Below are positions 1 through 8,143 of a stretch of 64,000 nucleotides of DNA, piece by piece. The number at the start of each line of letters is the position of its first letter. Within the stretch, counting starts at the first letter, position 1. Source of the stretch: Pseudomonadota bacterium (GTDB taxonomy: Bacteria > Myxococcota > JACRCW01 > JAFGSX01); NCBI GenBank assembly GCA_043821645.1, contig JBDRCO010000002.1:2768-66767 (forward strand). Reading direction: 5' to 3'. The translations under genes and the position numbers were made by a program. The notes below the pieces were generated by a model. The model worked only from the letters and a program-made list of their open reading frames with translations, was not told the DNA's origin and did no database searches.

Positions 1-1511
1 ACGCACCACTGGGTCTGCTCACCATCGCCGCCCTCACGCCACCGGGCTGGGAGGTCACCCTCGTCGACGAGAACGTGACGCCGCTCGAGGATCTGGACCA
101 GACCTGCGATGTGGTGGGCATTGGCGCCATGAACATCCAGGCGGAGCGCGCCTACGAGCTGGCGGACGCCTTCAGGGCACGCGGCCGGACCGTGGTCATC
201 GGCGGCCCGCTGGCCTTCATGGAACCCGAGCGCGCCGCGCGCCACGCGGATGTGGTGGTGGTGGGCGAGGCGGAGCGCACCTGGCCGCGTTTCTGCGAGG
301 ATTATTCCAGTGGAGCCTTCGCGCCGACCTACATCGAGCGCGAGGCGGTGGACCTGAGCCTGAGCCCGGTGCCGCGCTACGACCTGCTCACCCGTGGCAC
401 CTACGCGTCCATCCCCATCCAGACCACCCGCGGCTGCCCGCACAGCTGCGAGTTCTGCGACATCATCGTGATGATGGGCAGGCGGGTGCGCACCAAGCCG
501 GTGCCGCAGGTGCTGGCCGAGGTCGAGGCGGTGCAGCGTTACACCGGGCACGACAGCATCTTCTTCACCGACGACAACTTCAACGGCAACCTCAAGTACA
601 CGCGTGCCCTGTGCCGGGCCCTGATCGAGCATCGCCAGCACAGCGGCTATGCGCCCTTGCTTTTCACCCAGGCCTCCATCTCCCTGGCCGAGCAGGACGA
701 ACTGCTGGAGCTGATGGTGCGCGCTGGCTTCACGCGCCTGTTCCTCGGCATCGAAACCCCACGCCAGGACTCGCTGCTTGAGGCCGGCAAGCGGCAGAAC
801 GCCCGTGGCAACCTGGTCGAGCGCGTCTCCAAGCTGCAGCGGGCTGGGATCGTGACCTGGGCAGGCATGATCGTGGGCTTCGACCACGACGACGTGTCCA
901 TCTTCGAGGAGCAGGCGCGTTTTCTCGACGAGGCCGGCATCGCCATGGCCATGGTCGGCCTGCTCAACGCCATGCCCAAGACGCCACTGTACGACAGGCT
1001 CAAGCGCGAAAGGCGCCTGGTGACGACGGAACATTCTGGTGACAACTGCACCTGGACCAACATCGTGCCACTGCGCATGAGCCGGGCCCAGCTGCTCGGG
1101 GGCTACGCCGATCTGCTCGAGCACCTGTATGCGCAGCAGAACTTTGCCCGGCGCCTGATGACCAACGTGATGCGCATGGGCCCACCGCTGCCCGGCGTAT
1201 CCTCGTCGCGCTTCCCGAACCTTCCAGAATTGCAGGACTTCTTCAGGGCTGTGTGGCGCTTCACCGCCAATCGAGATGCCCGCTATCGCCGCCACTTTGT
1301 CCCCAACCTGCTCATGGCAGCTCTGCGCCGACGCACGCGCATCGTCGAGACCGCGGTGCACCTGGGCTGCTGGCAGCACTTCGATCGCTACGTGCCACTG
1401 ATCGTCGACACCCTGCGCAGCGGGGCGGCAACCGAGCAAGCCCTATCCCATCTGCTCGAGGCGGCGGAGCCCGAGCAGGTCGTGCTGGCGGCCGCGGCAC
1501 AGATGAGCTGA
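1..1511 (+). CDS. B12-binding domain radical SAM protein (5' end lies outside the window)
   Basis: The reading frame is open from nt 3 and translates as APLGLLTIAALTPPGWEVTLVDENV, a B12-binding-like N-terminal region. A radical SAM CxxxCxxC motif (RGCPHSCEFCD) is present. Stop is TGA at 1509-1511. No SPASM or twitch cysteines are visible. Confidence 0.85.
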   Translation, partial: APLGLLTIAALTPPGWEVTLVDENVTPLEDLDQTCDVVGIGAMNIQAERAYELADAFRARGRTVVIGGPLAFMEPERAARHADVVVVGEAERTWPRFCEDYSSGAFAPTYIEREAVDLSLSPVPRYDLLTRGTYASIPIQTTRGCPHSCEFCDIIVMMGRRVRTKPVPQVLAEVEAVQRYTGHDSIFFTDDNFNGNLKYTRALCRALIEHRQHSGYAPLLFTQASISLAEQDELLELMVRAGFTRLFLGIETPRQDSLLEAGKRQNARGNLVERVSKLQRAGIVTWAGMIVGFDHDDVSIFEEQARFLDEAGIAMAMVGLLNAMPKTPLYDRLKRERRLVTTEHSGDNCTWTNIVPLRMSRAQLLGGYADLLEHLYAQQNFARRLMTNVMRMGPPLPGVSSSRFPNLPELQDFFRAVWRFTANRDARYRRHFVPNLLMAALRRRTRIVETAVHLGCWQHFDRYVPLIVDTLRSGAATEQALSHLLEAAEPEQVVLAAAAQMS

Positions 1512-1514
1512 CCC

Positions 1515-1556
1515 GGTTTCTGCCGCAGAGATCGATGCGTGCGGGACGCAGAAACC
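1515..1556. terminator. Inverted repeat GGTTTCTGC...GCAGAAACC (9-bp stem, long loop) between the convergent radical SAM gene and MYXO-CTERM gene 1
   Basis: The inverted repeat is read directly from the sequence, immediately after the radical SAM stop. There is no T-tract, so terminator function is uncertain. Confidence 0.3.
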
Positions 1557-1679
1557 CGCAGCCAGCTGTTCCTGGCGCGGGAAATCCGTCGAGCACCGTC
1601 GGACTCGATGCCGGCACTTTGCAGCGTCCTCAGTGTTCGGCGTGGGGCGCTGCTCCCGTCGCTCGCCATCCCAGAAGAA

Positions 1680-2579
1680 TCAGCGACGACGACGAACAAT
1701 GGCCAGGCCCGCGAGGCTGGCCAGGATCAGCAGCGCCGGTGGAGCCGCGCGGCTCGCGGTGCAGCCGCAGGAACCGCCGGAGCTATCGTCATCGTCATCT
1801 CCGCTGCTGGCACCGGTATCGCGGCGCGTGGCGTCGGTGCCAGAGCCCGCGTCGGTGACACTGCTGGCGGTGCAGATGCCACCGCTGCAGGTGAGCCCCT
1901 CGGCACACAAGAAATCCGTGCCGCCGTAGGTCCCGCATTCCCCCCCCTCGAGGCCGATGCACGACGAGGTACTCACATTGGGGGGAGCTGCGCAGTCGAA
2001 GGGCTCGCCGTTGGCGGCGCAGTCGTAGGTGCTGACCATGCCGAATCCACAGAAGGTCGTGACGCTGCCGTTGCAGGTCGCCAGATAGGTGGCGGGATCA
2101 CAGGCGGTCGAGACGGTGCACACACCGTTCACACAGCCGTGCGAGAGCTCGACGTCGCAGGGAAGCTCCGCACACGACTCCCCGGCCCTCGCCACGCACC
2201 AGTAGCCGAAGCAGGCCGGGTAGGGCTGGTCGTCGCAGTCCACGAGGCCACAGGTCGTGGTGGGACCGCCGATGTCGGTGTTGGTGGGGCAGTTCACCTC
2301 GATGATCTCACCGCCCTCGCAGGCTCGCATGAGGTCGCCATCGCATTCGCCGGTGACCGGCACATTGCCACAACCGGGCGAGGCATCGACGCTGTCCGCA
2401 TCCGGAGTGGTGGTGGCGTCTTCGGCCGAAGCCGAGTCCTCTCCTGCAGCCGCATCCTCCGCTGCGCTGGCGTCCTCGACCACCACGACATCCTCGAGTC
2501 CGCCGTCCTCCTGCGCCCACGCCGCCAGCGGGAGTCCTGCCAGTTGAACCGTGAGTGCAACAGCCAGCAGCGTCCTCAT
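1680..2579 (-). CDS. Secreted Cys-rich protein with a MYXO-CTERM sorting domain (paralog 1 of 3)
   Basis: Start is the ATG giving MRTLLAVALTVQLAGLPLAAWAQED (signal peptide), preceded by an AGGAGG RBS. An acidic EDAA-rich linker is followed by a roughly 200-aa domain with more than 20 Cys (PGCGNVPVTGECDGD...GGPTTTCGLVDCDDQPYPACFGYWCVAR). Then comes a DDDDD Gly/Ser linker and a C-terminal GSCGCTASRAAPPALLILASLAGLAIVRRRR, the MYXO-CTERM pattern. Confidence 0.8.
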   Translation of the reverse strand: MRTLLAVALTVQLAGLPLAAWAQEDGGLEDVVVVEDASAAEDAAAGEDSASAEDATTTPDADSVDASPGCGNVPVTGECDGDLMRACEGGEIIEVNCPTNTDIGGPTTTCGLVDCDDQPYPACFGYWCVARAGESCAELPCDVELSHGCVNGVCTVSTACDPATYLATCNGSVTTFCGFGMVSTYDCAANGEPFDCAAPPNVSTSSCIGLEGGECGTYGGTDFLCAEGLTCSGGICTASSVTDAGSGTDATRRDTGASSGDDDDDSSGGSCGCTASRAAPPALLILASLAGLAIVRRRR

Positions 2580-2767
2580 CCTGTCCTCCTGTCCCCGCGA
2601 TCCTGGCCCGGACACCACCCGTGCTCGAGCGTCACCCGAGGACCGGTCGTGGGTGCCCAGGATGTCGGGCGGTGAACATAGCTTCGCCGCGCCCTGCCCT
2701 CGGGTGCAACTGAATTGAGTTCCTGGGAAGCGCGACGGCGGCTGCTCGAGTCCTGTGCAGAGGCGTC

Positions 2768-3766
2768 TTACGGGTGCCTGGTGCGCGCGCCAGGGCGTCG
2801 CGGTTGGCGACGACGGGCCGCCATGGCGAGTCCCAGAATCCCCGCCAGGATCAACACCACCGACGAACCGGTTCGGGTCGCGGAACAGCCGCAGCCGCCA
2901 CCGGTGCTGTCGTCGTCATCGTCGGCGCTGGCGTCACCGGGGGTGGCGCCGATGTCCCGGGGACTGGCGTCGGTTCCAGTGCCAGCATCGCTAGCCGTGG
3001 CTGCGGTGCAGATCCCACCGGAGCAGGTCAGACCCGCCGCGCAGACATAGTCCACGCCAGCCCAGCTACGACACGCGGCGCCCTCGAGCCCGACACAGGC
3101 CGAGGTATGGAGGTTGGGGGGGGGAGCACAGGTGCTGGCCTCGCCGCCGGCGGCGCAGTCGGTGTTGTTGACCGTGTAGTTGCAGGATGTCGCCAGGGTG
3201 CCTGTGCAGGTCGGCATGTAGGTGTCGGGATCACAGCTGGTCGATATCGCGCAGACGCCTCCAAGGCAGCCGTGCCCCAGGTTGACGTCGCAGGGCCGGT
3301 CTTGACAGTCGGCACCCAGCCGGGCCACGCACCAGTAGCCGAAGCACGCCGGGTAGGGCTGGTCGTCGCAGTCCACGAGCCCGCAGGTTGTGGTCGGGCC
3401 TCCGATGTCGAGATTGCTGGGGCAGTCGATTTCGACCAGCGTGCCGCTCTCGCAGTAGCGCAGGGTGTCGCCGTCGCACGCCCCGGTCACCGCCACGGTG
3501 CCACAACCGGGGCTGGCGTCTGCCGTCGACGCATCGAGCGCCGCGGCCGCATCCTCGGCGGGCGTCGCGTCCTCCCCCGCGGCCGCATCCTCGGCGAAGA
3601 CCGCGTCCGGACTGCGTGCCGCGTCCTCGACGGAGGTGACATCGAGCGCCACCGCGCCATCCTCCGCGGACAGGGCCGCGTCCTCCCCGGCGTCTTCCTG
3701 GGCTCGGGCCAGCAGCGGAGAGAGCACCAGCGTGGTCACCAGGAACGATCGCAGCATCGTGCACAT
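2768..3766 (-). CDS. Secreted Cys-rich protein with a MYXO-CTERM sorting domain (paralog 2 of 3)
   Basis: Same architecture as paralog 1. Start at MCTMLRSFLVTTLVLSPLLARAQ with a GGGAGG RBS 5 nt upstream. The conserved block GGPTTTCGLVDCDDQPYPACFGYWCVAR is identical to paralog 1. C-terminus is GGGCGCSATRTGSSVVLILAGILGLAMAARRR. Confidence 0.8.
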   Translation of the reverse strand: MCTMLRSFLVTTLVLSPLLARAQEDAGEDAALSAEDGAVALDVTSVEDAARSPDAVFAEDAAAGEDATPAEDAAAALDASTADASPGCGTVAVTGACDGDTLRYCESGTLVEIDCPSNLDIGGPTTTCGLVDCDDQPYPACFGYWCVARLGADCQDRPCDVNLGHGCLGGVCAISTSCDPDTYMPTCTGTLATSCNYTVNNTDCAAGGEASTCAPPPNLHTSACVGLEGAACRSWAGVDYVCAAGLTCSGGICTAATASDAGTGTDASPRDIGATPGDASADDDDDSTGGGCGCSATRTGSSVVLILAGILGLAMAARRRQPRRPGARTRHP

Positions 3767-3902
3767 GTGCACCTCCCTTGGGCGCCCCGCACCTGTCACC
3801 GGGGACTGCCGCGGCAGGTTCTTGGTCGGGGAAGCAGCGCCATCCTAGTCCAGGGATCCGCTTTCGCAAGGTCGGCGACCAGCGAGGGGATCTGTGGCGG
3901 GC

Positions 3903-3938
3903 CAAAAAAAAGGCCCCCCCGAAGGGAGGCCTTTTCAA
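3903..3938. terminator. Bidirectional rho-independent terminator
   Basis: AAAAAAAA-GGCCCCCC-GAAG-GGAGGCC-TTTT: a GC stem of 8 bp with a 4-nt loop, flanked by an A-tract and a T-tract. It lies directly downstream of the stop (3960) of MYXO-CTERM gene 3 and upstream of gene 2. Confidence 0.7.
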
Positions 3939-3959
3939 GCGAACAGAAACCGAGACGCC

Positions 3960-4979
3960 TTAGCGGCGGCGGCGAACCAGGGCCAGGCCGAACAGGCCAG
4001 CCAGGATCAGAGCTGCCGACGAACCCGCGCGGGTCGCGGTGCAGCCACAGCCGGTGGCGGCGTCGTCGTCGTCGTCACCCGCCGAATCCGTGGAGCTGCT
4101 GCCGGTGTCGCGGCGAGCAGAATCAGTGCTGCCAGCGTCGGTGCCGCTGCCCGTGGTGCAGATGCCGCCGGTGCAGGTCAGGCCCGTGGCGCACAGGAAG
4201 TCGGTGCCACTGTAGGTCCCGCACTCGCCACCCTCGAGGCCCACGCAGGGCGAGGTGGTGTCATTGGCAGGCACGGCGCAGGTGTAGGGCTCGCCGCCCT
4301 CGCCACAGTCGCTGTTGCTGATGGTGCCGCGATAGCAGGAGCCGACGACCGAGCCGGTGCAGGTCACAGCATCATTCTCGGTGCAGGTCGTGCTCGTGGC
4401 GCACACACCATTGAGGCAGCCGTAGCCCGCCGAGGACTGGCAGGGGGGGAGATCGCCAGTGGTGCAGTCGTCACCGGGCTGCGCCAGGCACTCGTAGCCC
4501 CAGCACTTCGGGTAGCAGTAGCCGTAGGTCTCTGACCAGCCGCACTCGGTGTCGGCCGTGCAGGCGCCCGAGGCCGTGTAGTCCAGGCACTGGATGCCTT
4601 CGGTACAATCCCACAGACCGCAGGTCTCGCCGGTCGCGCAGGTGCTGGTGACGATCGTGTCACCATCGCAGTAGGACAGGACCTGGCCGTTGCAGGTACC
4701 GAAGTAGGTGACGTTGCCGCAGCCCGTCGTCGCATCGGGGCTGGTTGCGGCGTCGGTGGCGACGGTGGCGTCAGTAGCGACGGTGGCGTCAGTAGCGACG
4801 GTGGCGTCGGTGGCGACGGTGGCGTCGGTGGCGACGGTGGCGTCAGTGGCGACAGTAGCGTCCTCGGCGACCGCAGCGTCCTCGATCAGGCCGCCGTCCT
4901 CGCCCGCATCCTGTGCCATGGCTGTCAGCGGCATGGCTGCCAGCAACATCGAGAAGCTCAGACCCAGAATCTTCTTCAT
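3960..4979 (-). CDS. Secreted Cys-rich protein with a MYXO-CTERM sorting domain (paralog 3 of 3), carrying a TDATVA hexapeptide tandem repeat
   Basis: Start at ATG giving MKKILGLSFSMLLAAMPLTAMAQ, with a GGAGGA RBS 4 nt upstream. The M at 4991 in the ORF track is a TTG codon. The protein has an acidic linker containing (TDATVA)x7, a Cys-rich domain, and a C-terminal ATGCGCTATRAGSSAALILAGLFGLALVRRRR. Confidence 0.8.
   Translation of the reverse strand: MKKILGLSFSMLLAAMPLTAMAQDAGEDGGLIEDAAVAEDATVATDATVATDATVATDATVATDATVATDATVATDAATSPDATTGCGNVTYFGTCNGQVLSYCDGDTIVTSTCATGETCGLWDCTEGIQCLDYTASGACTADTECGWSETYGYCYPKCWGYECLAQPGDDCTTGDLPPCQSSAGYGCLNGVCATSTTCTENDAVTCTGSVVGSCYRGTISNSDCGEGGEPYTCAVPANDTTSPCVGLEGGECGTYSGTDFLCATGLTCTGGICTTGSGTDAGSTDSARRDTGSSSTDSAGDDDDDAATGCGCTATRAGSSAALILAGLFGLALVRRRR
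4750..4870. repeat. 18-bp tandem repeat (about 6-7 units of gcgacggtggcgtcagta) encoding the TDATVA hexapeptide repeats inside paralog 3
   Basis: Direct tandem repeat read at nucleotide level. The protein carries ATDATVATDATV... Confidence 0.8.
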
Positions 4980-5012
4980 CTCATCCTCCAAATAAAGGGA
5001 CGCCCAGACGGG

Positions 5013-5029
5013 GTGAACCCTGTGTTCAC
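5013..5029. promoter_or_regulatory. Perfect palindrome GTGAAC-N5-GTTCAC about 35 bp upstream of the paralog 3 start codon; candidate operator
   Basis: Read directly from the sequence. It sits at the edge of a 45-50% GC, AT-rich intergenic promoter region (5040-5250). Confidence 0.3.
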
Positions 5030-5247
5030 ATCGCCGGGACGTAAATCATATGATAGCGGGGATGGCCAAGAAAAAAAGTGAGCGGAGCAATTTTTTATTT
5101 CCTTATTAATGTCCATGGGTTCCGGCTCAACATCGGGTCCAGGTCACCGCCACAGAGTCTTGCGATCGGACGCACGCCATCTTTATGGGCATCCCGAAGA
5201 GCATTTTGACCCACTTTGAAGATGTTAAAAGTTCACGCGTGGAGTGC

Positions 5248-6711
5248 TCAGGCCAGCTCGGTGAGGAGCCGGAGCAGGCGACGCAGTTCGCCGGTGATCA
5301 GGAACTCGCTCAGTACGCGGTGCTGCGCACTCTGGGCATAACGTGGCCGCGCCTCCTCGTCGCCGAGCAGGGTGTTCAGGCTGTGTGCCACTGCCTCCGG
5401 ATCGTCGGGAGCGTCACAGAGCAAGCCATCGATTTCATGACGGATCTGGAGCCTTATCCCGCTGGCCATGGTGCCCAGCACGGGCACGCCCTTGTAAGCG
5501 GCCTCGGCCACCCCCAGGCCAAAGGCCTCGCTCAGGGAGTTCTGCACCACCAGGGTCGACACCCGCTGCAATGCATTGATGATCAGCCCGTGCTCAACCG
5601 GTGAAGCCATGGGCAAGGCTAGCACCGCCACATCCGCCGCGATCTCCGCGGGCAGGGCGCAGTAGGCTTCGACCACGGCGTTCCAGTCGCGATTGAGCTC
5701 GGTGTCGTCGTCAAAACCGTCCGGAGCGGGCCCCGCCATCACCAGCCTGACAATCTGCACGCGCCGGCGCTGCCGCCCGTCGAGATCGGCGCCGTCGATC
5801 TGGACCTGGCCGCGCTTGAGCCGGGCAAAGCCCTCGAGCAGCGGCAGCATGCCGTTGAGGCGATCCCAGCGCGAGATCTGGGTGACCACGGGCCGGTGCA
5901 ACAGGCCGAACTCGCCGGCCGTGCGCAACTCGCCGCGCTGGTTGAGGCGGCGCACAGGCTCAGCAAAGGCACGCGCCAGGCTGGGCTGGTCACTCTCGAC
6001 GAGACCGGCCGAGGCCAGGGTGCCCACCACCTGGTGCAACGACAGGGTCCGGTTGCGATCCGCCAGCGGATCGATGGACGGCGGCAGCAGCGAGGCGCGG
6101 TTGGTGAAGTACTGCGGGATGTACTCGGCGCAGGTGAACAGGCCCCTGTCGTAAGGCGTCAGGTGCTCCTTCAAGAAGCTCCAGGCCGCACGGGTGGTCG
6201 GGGTGCGGTCATCGAGACCGGACTGGTTGCGCCACAGCGCGGTCATGCCACAGCGGCGCTTGAGCGCGGCACCGGAGGCAGCGCAGCCCAGGCCGTGGGC
6301 GATGACCAGGTCGCGGCGGTCTATCAGCGGCGCCAGCTCCTGCGCGGTGCGCTCCCCGGCCTCGGAGTAACCCCGCACCTCGGAATCGTCGAACGAGGCG
6401 GCCAGCGTGCTGTCGCCGAGCAGCAGGCGTTTGAGGCGCCGGTGCAGGGCCGCCTGGGGCACCGAGTGCATGATCTTGACCCAGCGCGCATCGAGCCCGC
6501 AGGCCCGCAGCAGGGCTACCAGGGCCGGGATGTTCTCGACCAGGACACCCCGGGCGTCGTCGCCGCTGAGCAGCCACACCCGCCGCGCGCGCAGGCGCTT
6601 CTTGGCCTGCCTGGCCTCGTTGCCCACCTCGGTGAGGGTGGGGCCCAGCCCCGGCACCACCTCGTAGTCGGACAGCTGAACGCTGCGCGCGATGTCGACG
6701 ACCTCGATCAT
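5248..6711 (-). CDS. GT4-family glycosyltransferase resembling TreT-type trehalose synthases
   Basis: The C-terminal GT1/GT4 signature EAFGLGVAEAAYKGVPVLGT is present. The N-terminus (SDYEVVPG...RVWLLSGDDARGVLVENIPALVALLRACGLDARWVKI) follows the TreT-like pattern, but the NST..GGGVAE nucleotide-binding loop is degenerate. Confidence 0.55.
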   Translation of the reverse strand: MIEVVDIARSVQLSDYEVVPGLGPTLTEVGNEARQAKKRLRARRVWLLSGDDARGVLVENIPALVALLRACGLDARWVKIMHSVPQAALHRRLKRLLLGDSTLAASFDDSEVRGYSEAGERTAQELAPLIDRRDLVIAHGLGCAASGAALKRRCGMTALWRNQSGLDDRTPTTRAAWSFLKEHLTPYDRGLFTCAEYIPQYFTNRASLLPPSIDPLADRNRTLSLHQVVGTLASAGLVESDQPSLARAFAEPVRRLNQRGELRTAGEFGLLHRPVVTQISRWDRLNGMLPLLEGFARLKRGQVQIDGADLDGRQRRRVQIVRLVMAGPAPDGFDDDTELNRDWNAVVEAYCALPAEIAADVAVLALPMASPVEHGLIINALQRVSTLVVQNSLSEAFGLGVAEAAYKGVPVLGTMASGIRLQIRHEIDGLLCDAPDDPEAVAHSLNTLLGDEEARPRYAQSAQHRVLSEFLITGELRRLLRLLTELA

Positions 6712-6837
6712 GGCTGAGTCCCCGGCGTGGTTTCTCCGCCGCCGGTTCTGTATATCACCACAGGCCTGGGAACGGCAGGGGGACGGACTCCTGTCCCGAT
6801 GACCGGGAACCTTGAACCGGGAACAGGGAACCCTTGT

Positions 6838-8115
6838 TTACTGATCGCCCCCGAGATACCCGAACTCGTCCATGAAGGTCGAGCCGTCAACATTGGCGGC
6901 GCGGGCCAGGCGGGCCAGCTGCTTCTGGTCCTCGAAGTCGTTCTTGTCCAGGCGCACCATGTACTCGCGGGCCACCTTGAAGTTGTCGCTGTCGACGTCG
7001 ACGCGACGGATGCGGGTCTTGCCGGTGGCCGGGTCCAGCATGTCCTCGAACTTGATGGGCACCAGCTTGCCCTCGATCATGCAGATCAGGGCGCCGGTGT
7101 TGCCGTCGAGCAGGTAGCGCACCGCCCCGAAGCCCAGGTCCTGGGTGTACTCCATGTCGAAGGGGATGGGCGGGGTACAGCGCAGCTCGTAGCCTATGTT
7201 CTTCTCGACGATGGTGATGTCGACACCCCGCGCCTTGAGGCGCCGGCGCACCTCCTTCTTGAGCAGGGTGCCGAGTTCGATCTCCGAGAAGCGGATGTTG
7301 CCGTGGGCGTCGCGCTCGATGTCGTCGAGCTGCGCCAGATCCTCGGCGGGGATGTGCTCGGCCAGGCCCTCGGCCAAAATGGCCACACCGTGGACGCGAC
7401 CCATCATGCGACGCTTGAGCACCGAGCCCTCGAGGATGTCGGCCAGGTGCTTGAAGCGGATGGGCTTGCCCCGGAACTCCTCGGGGATGACGGCGAGGGT
7501 GGCGCTGGCAGCCTTGCTGATGCCCAGGGCCAGGTGGCCCGCCGAGCGTCCCATGGCCACGACGTAGTACCAGCGCTGGGTGGTGACCGCGTCCTCCATG
7601 AGGTTCTGCACCAGGGCCGTGCCCAGGTGGCGTGCGGTCTGGTAGCCGAAGGTGGGCATGGAGCCCGGCAGCGGCAGGTCGTTGTCGATGGTCTTCGGGA
7701 CGTGGGCGACCTCGATCTGGGTGCCGGTGAGGCGATCGATGGTCTGGGCGGTGAAGGCGGTGTCGTCGCCGCCTATGGTCACCAAAAAGTCGACGCCTAT
7801 CTCGGTCAGGGCGCCGATGGTGTTCTTCATCATCTCCTCGCTCTTGGTCGGGTTGACCCGCGAGGTGCCGAGGATGGAGCCGCCCAGATAGTGGATACGC
7901 GACACGTCGTCGATATCGAGCTCGACCACGTGCTTGGTGTCGCCCGCGCTCAGCCAGCGACTGCCTTCCTTGATGCCCACCACGCGCAGGCCGGCCTCCT
8001 TGGCCTCGATGGTGGCGGCGCGGATGACGCCGTTGATGCCCGGCGCGGGCCCGCCGCCGACCAGGATGCCCAGGGTCTTGCCATGATGACGCTCACGATA
8101 TTCTGCACTGCGCAC
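6838..8115 (-). CDS. pfp: Pyrophosphate-dependent 6-phosphofructokinase (PFK-A family)
   Basis: Motifs GILVGGGPAPGINGVIRAA, TIGGDDTAFTA and PKTIDND. The Asp in GGDD and the Lys in PKTID are the established PPi-type signature, as opposed to GGDGS and PGTID in ATP-PFK. I place the start at a GTG (VRSAEYRERHHGKTLGIL) with a GAGGAG RBS; the ORF-track start at 8190 would overlap the upstream OmpA-family gene. Confidence 0.75.
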   Translation of the reverse strand: MRSAEYRERHHGKTLGILVGGGPAPGINGVIRAATIEAKEAGLRVVGIKEGSRWLSAGDTKHVVELDIDDVSRIHYLGGSILGTSRVNPTKSEEMMKNTIGALTEIGVDFLVTIGGDDTAFTAQTIDRLTGTQIEVAHVPKTIDNDLPLPGSMPTFGYQTARHLGTALVQNLMEDAVTTQRWYYVVAMGRSAGHLALGISKAASATLAVIPEEFRGKPIRFKHLADILEGSVLKRRMMGRVHGVAILAEGLAEHIPAEDLAQLDDIERDAHGNIRFSEIELGTLLKKEVRRRLKARGVDITIVEKNIGYELRCTPPIPFDMEYTQDLGFGAVRYLLDGNTGALICMIEGKLVPIKFEDMLDPATGKTRIRRVDVDSDNFKVAREYMVRLDKNDFEDQKQLARLARAANVDGSTFMDEFGYLGGDQ

Positions 8116-8143
8116 GGTGGTCTCCTCGGTTGGATCTGTTGTG

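Noticed and set aside
5040-5250. AT-rich (about 45-50% GC) intergenic region checked for tRNA or sRNA
   Set aside because: No cloverleaf-compatible arms or conserved T-loop (GTTCRANYC) were seen. It is more consistent with a promoter/UP-element region for MYXO-CTERM gene 3 and the 3' end of the GT4 gene.
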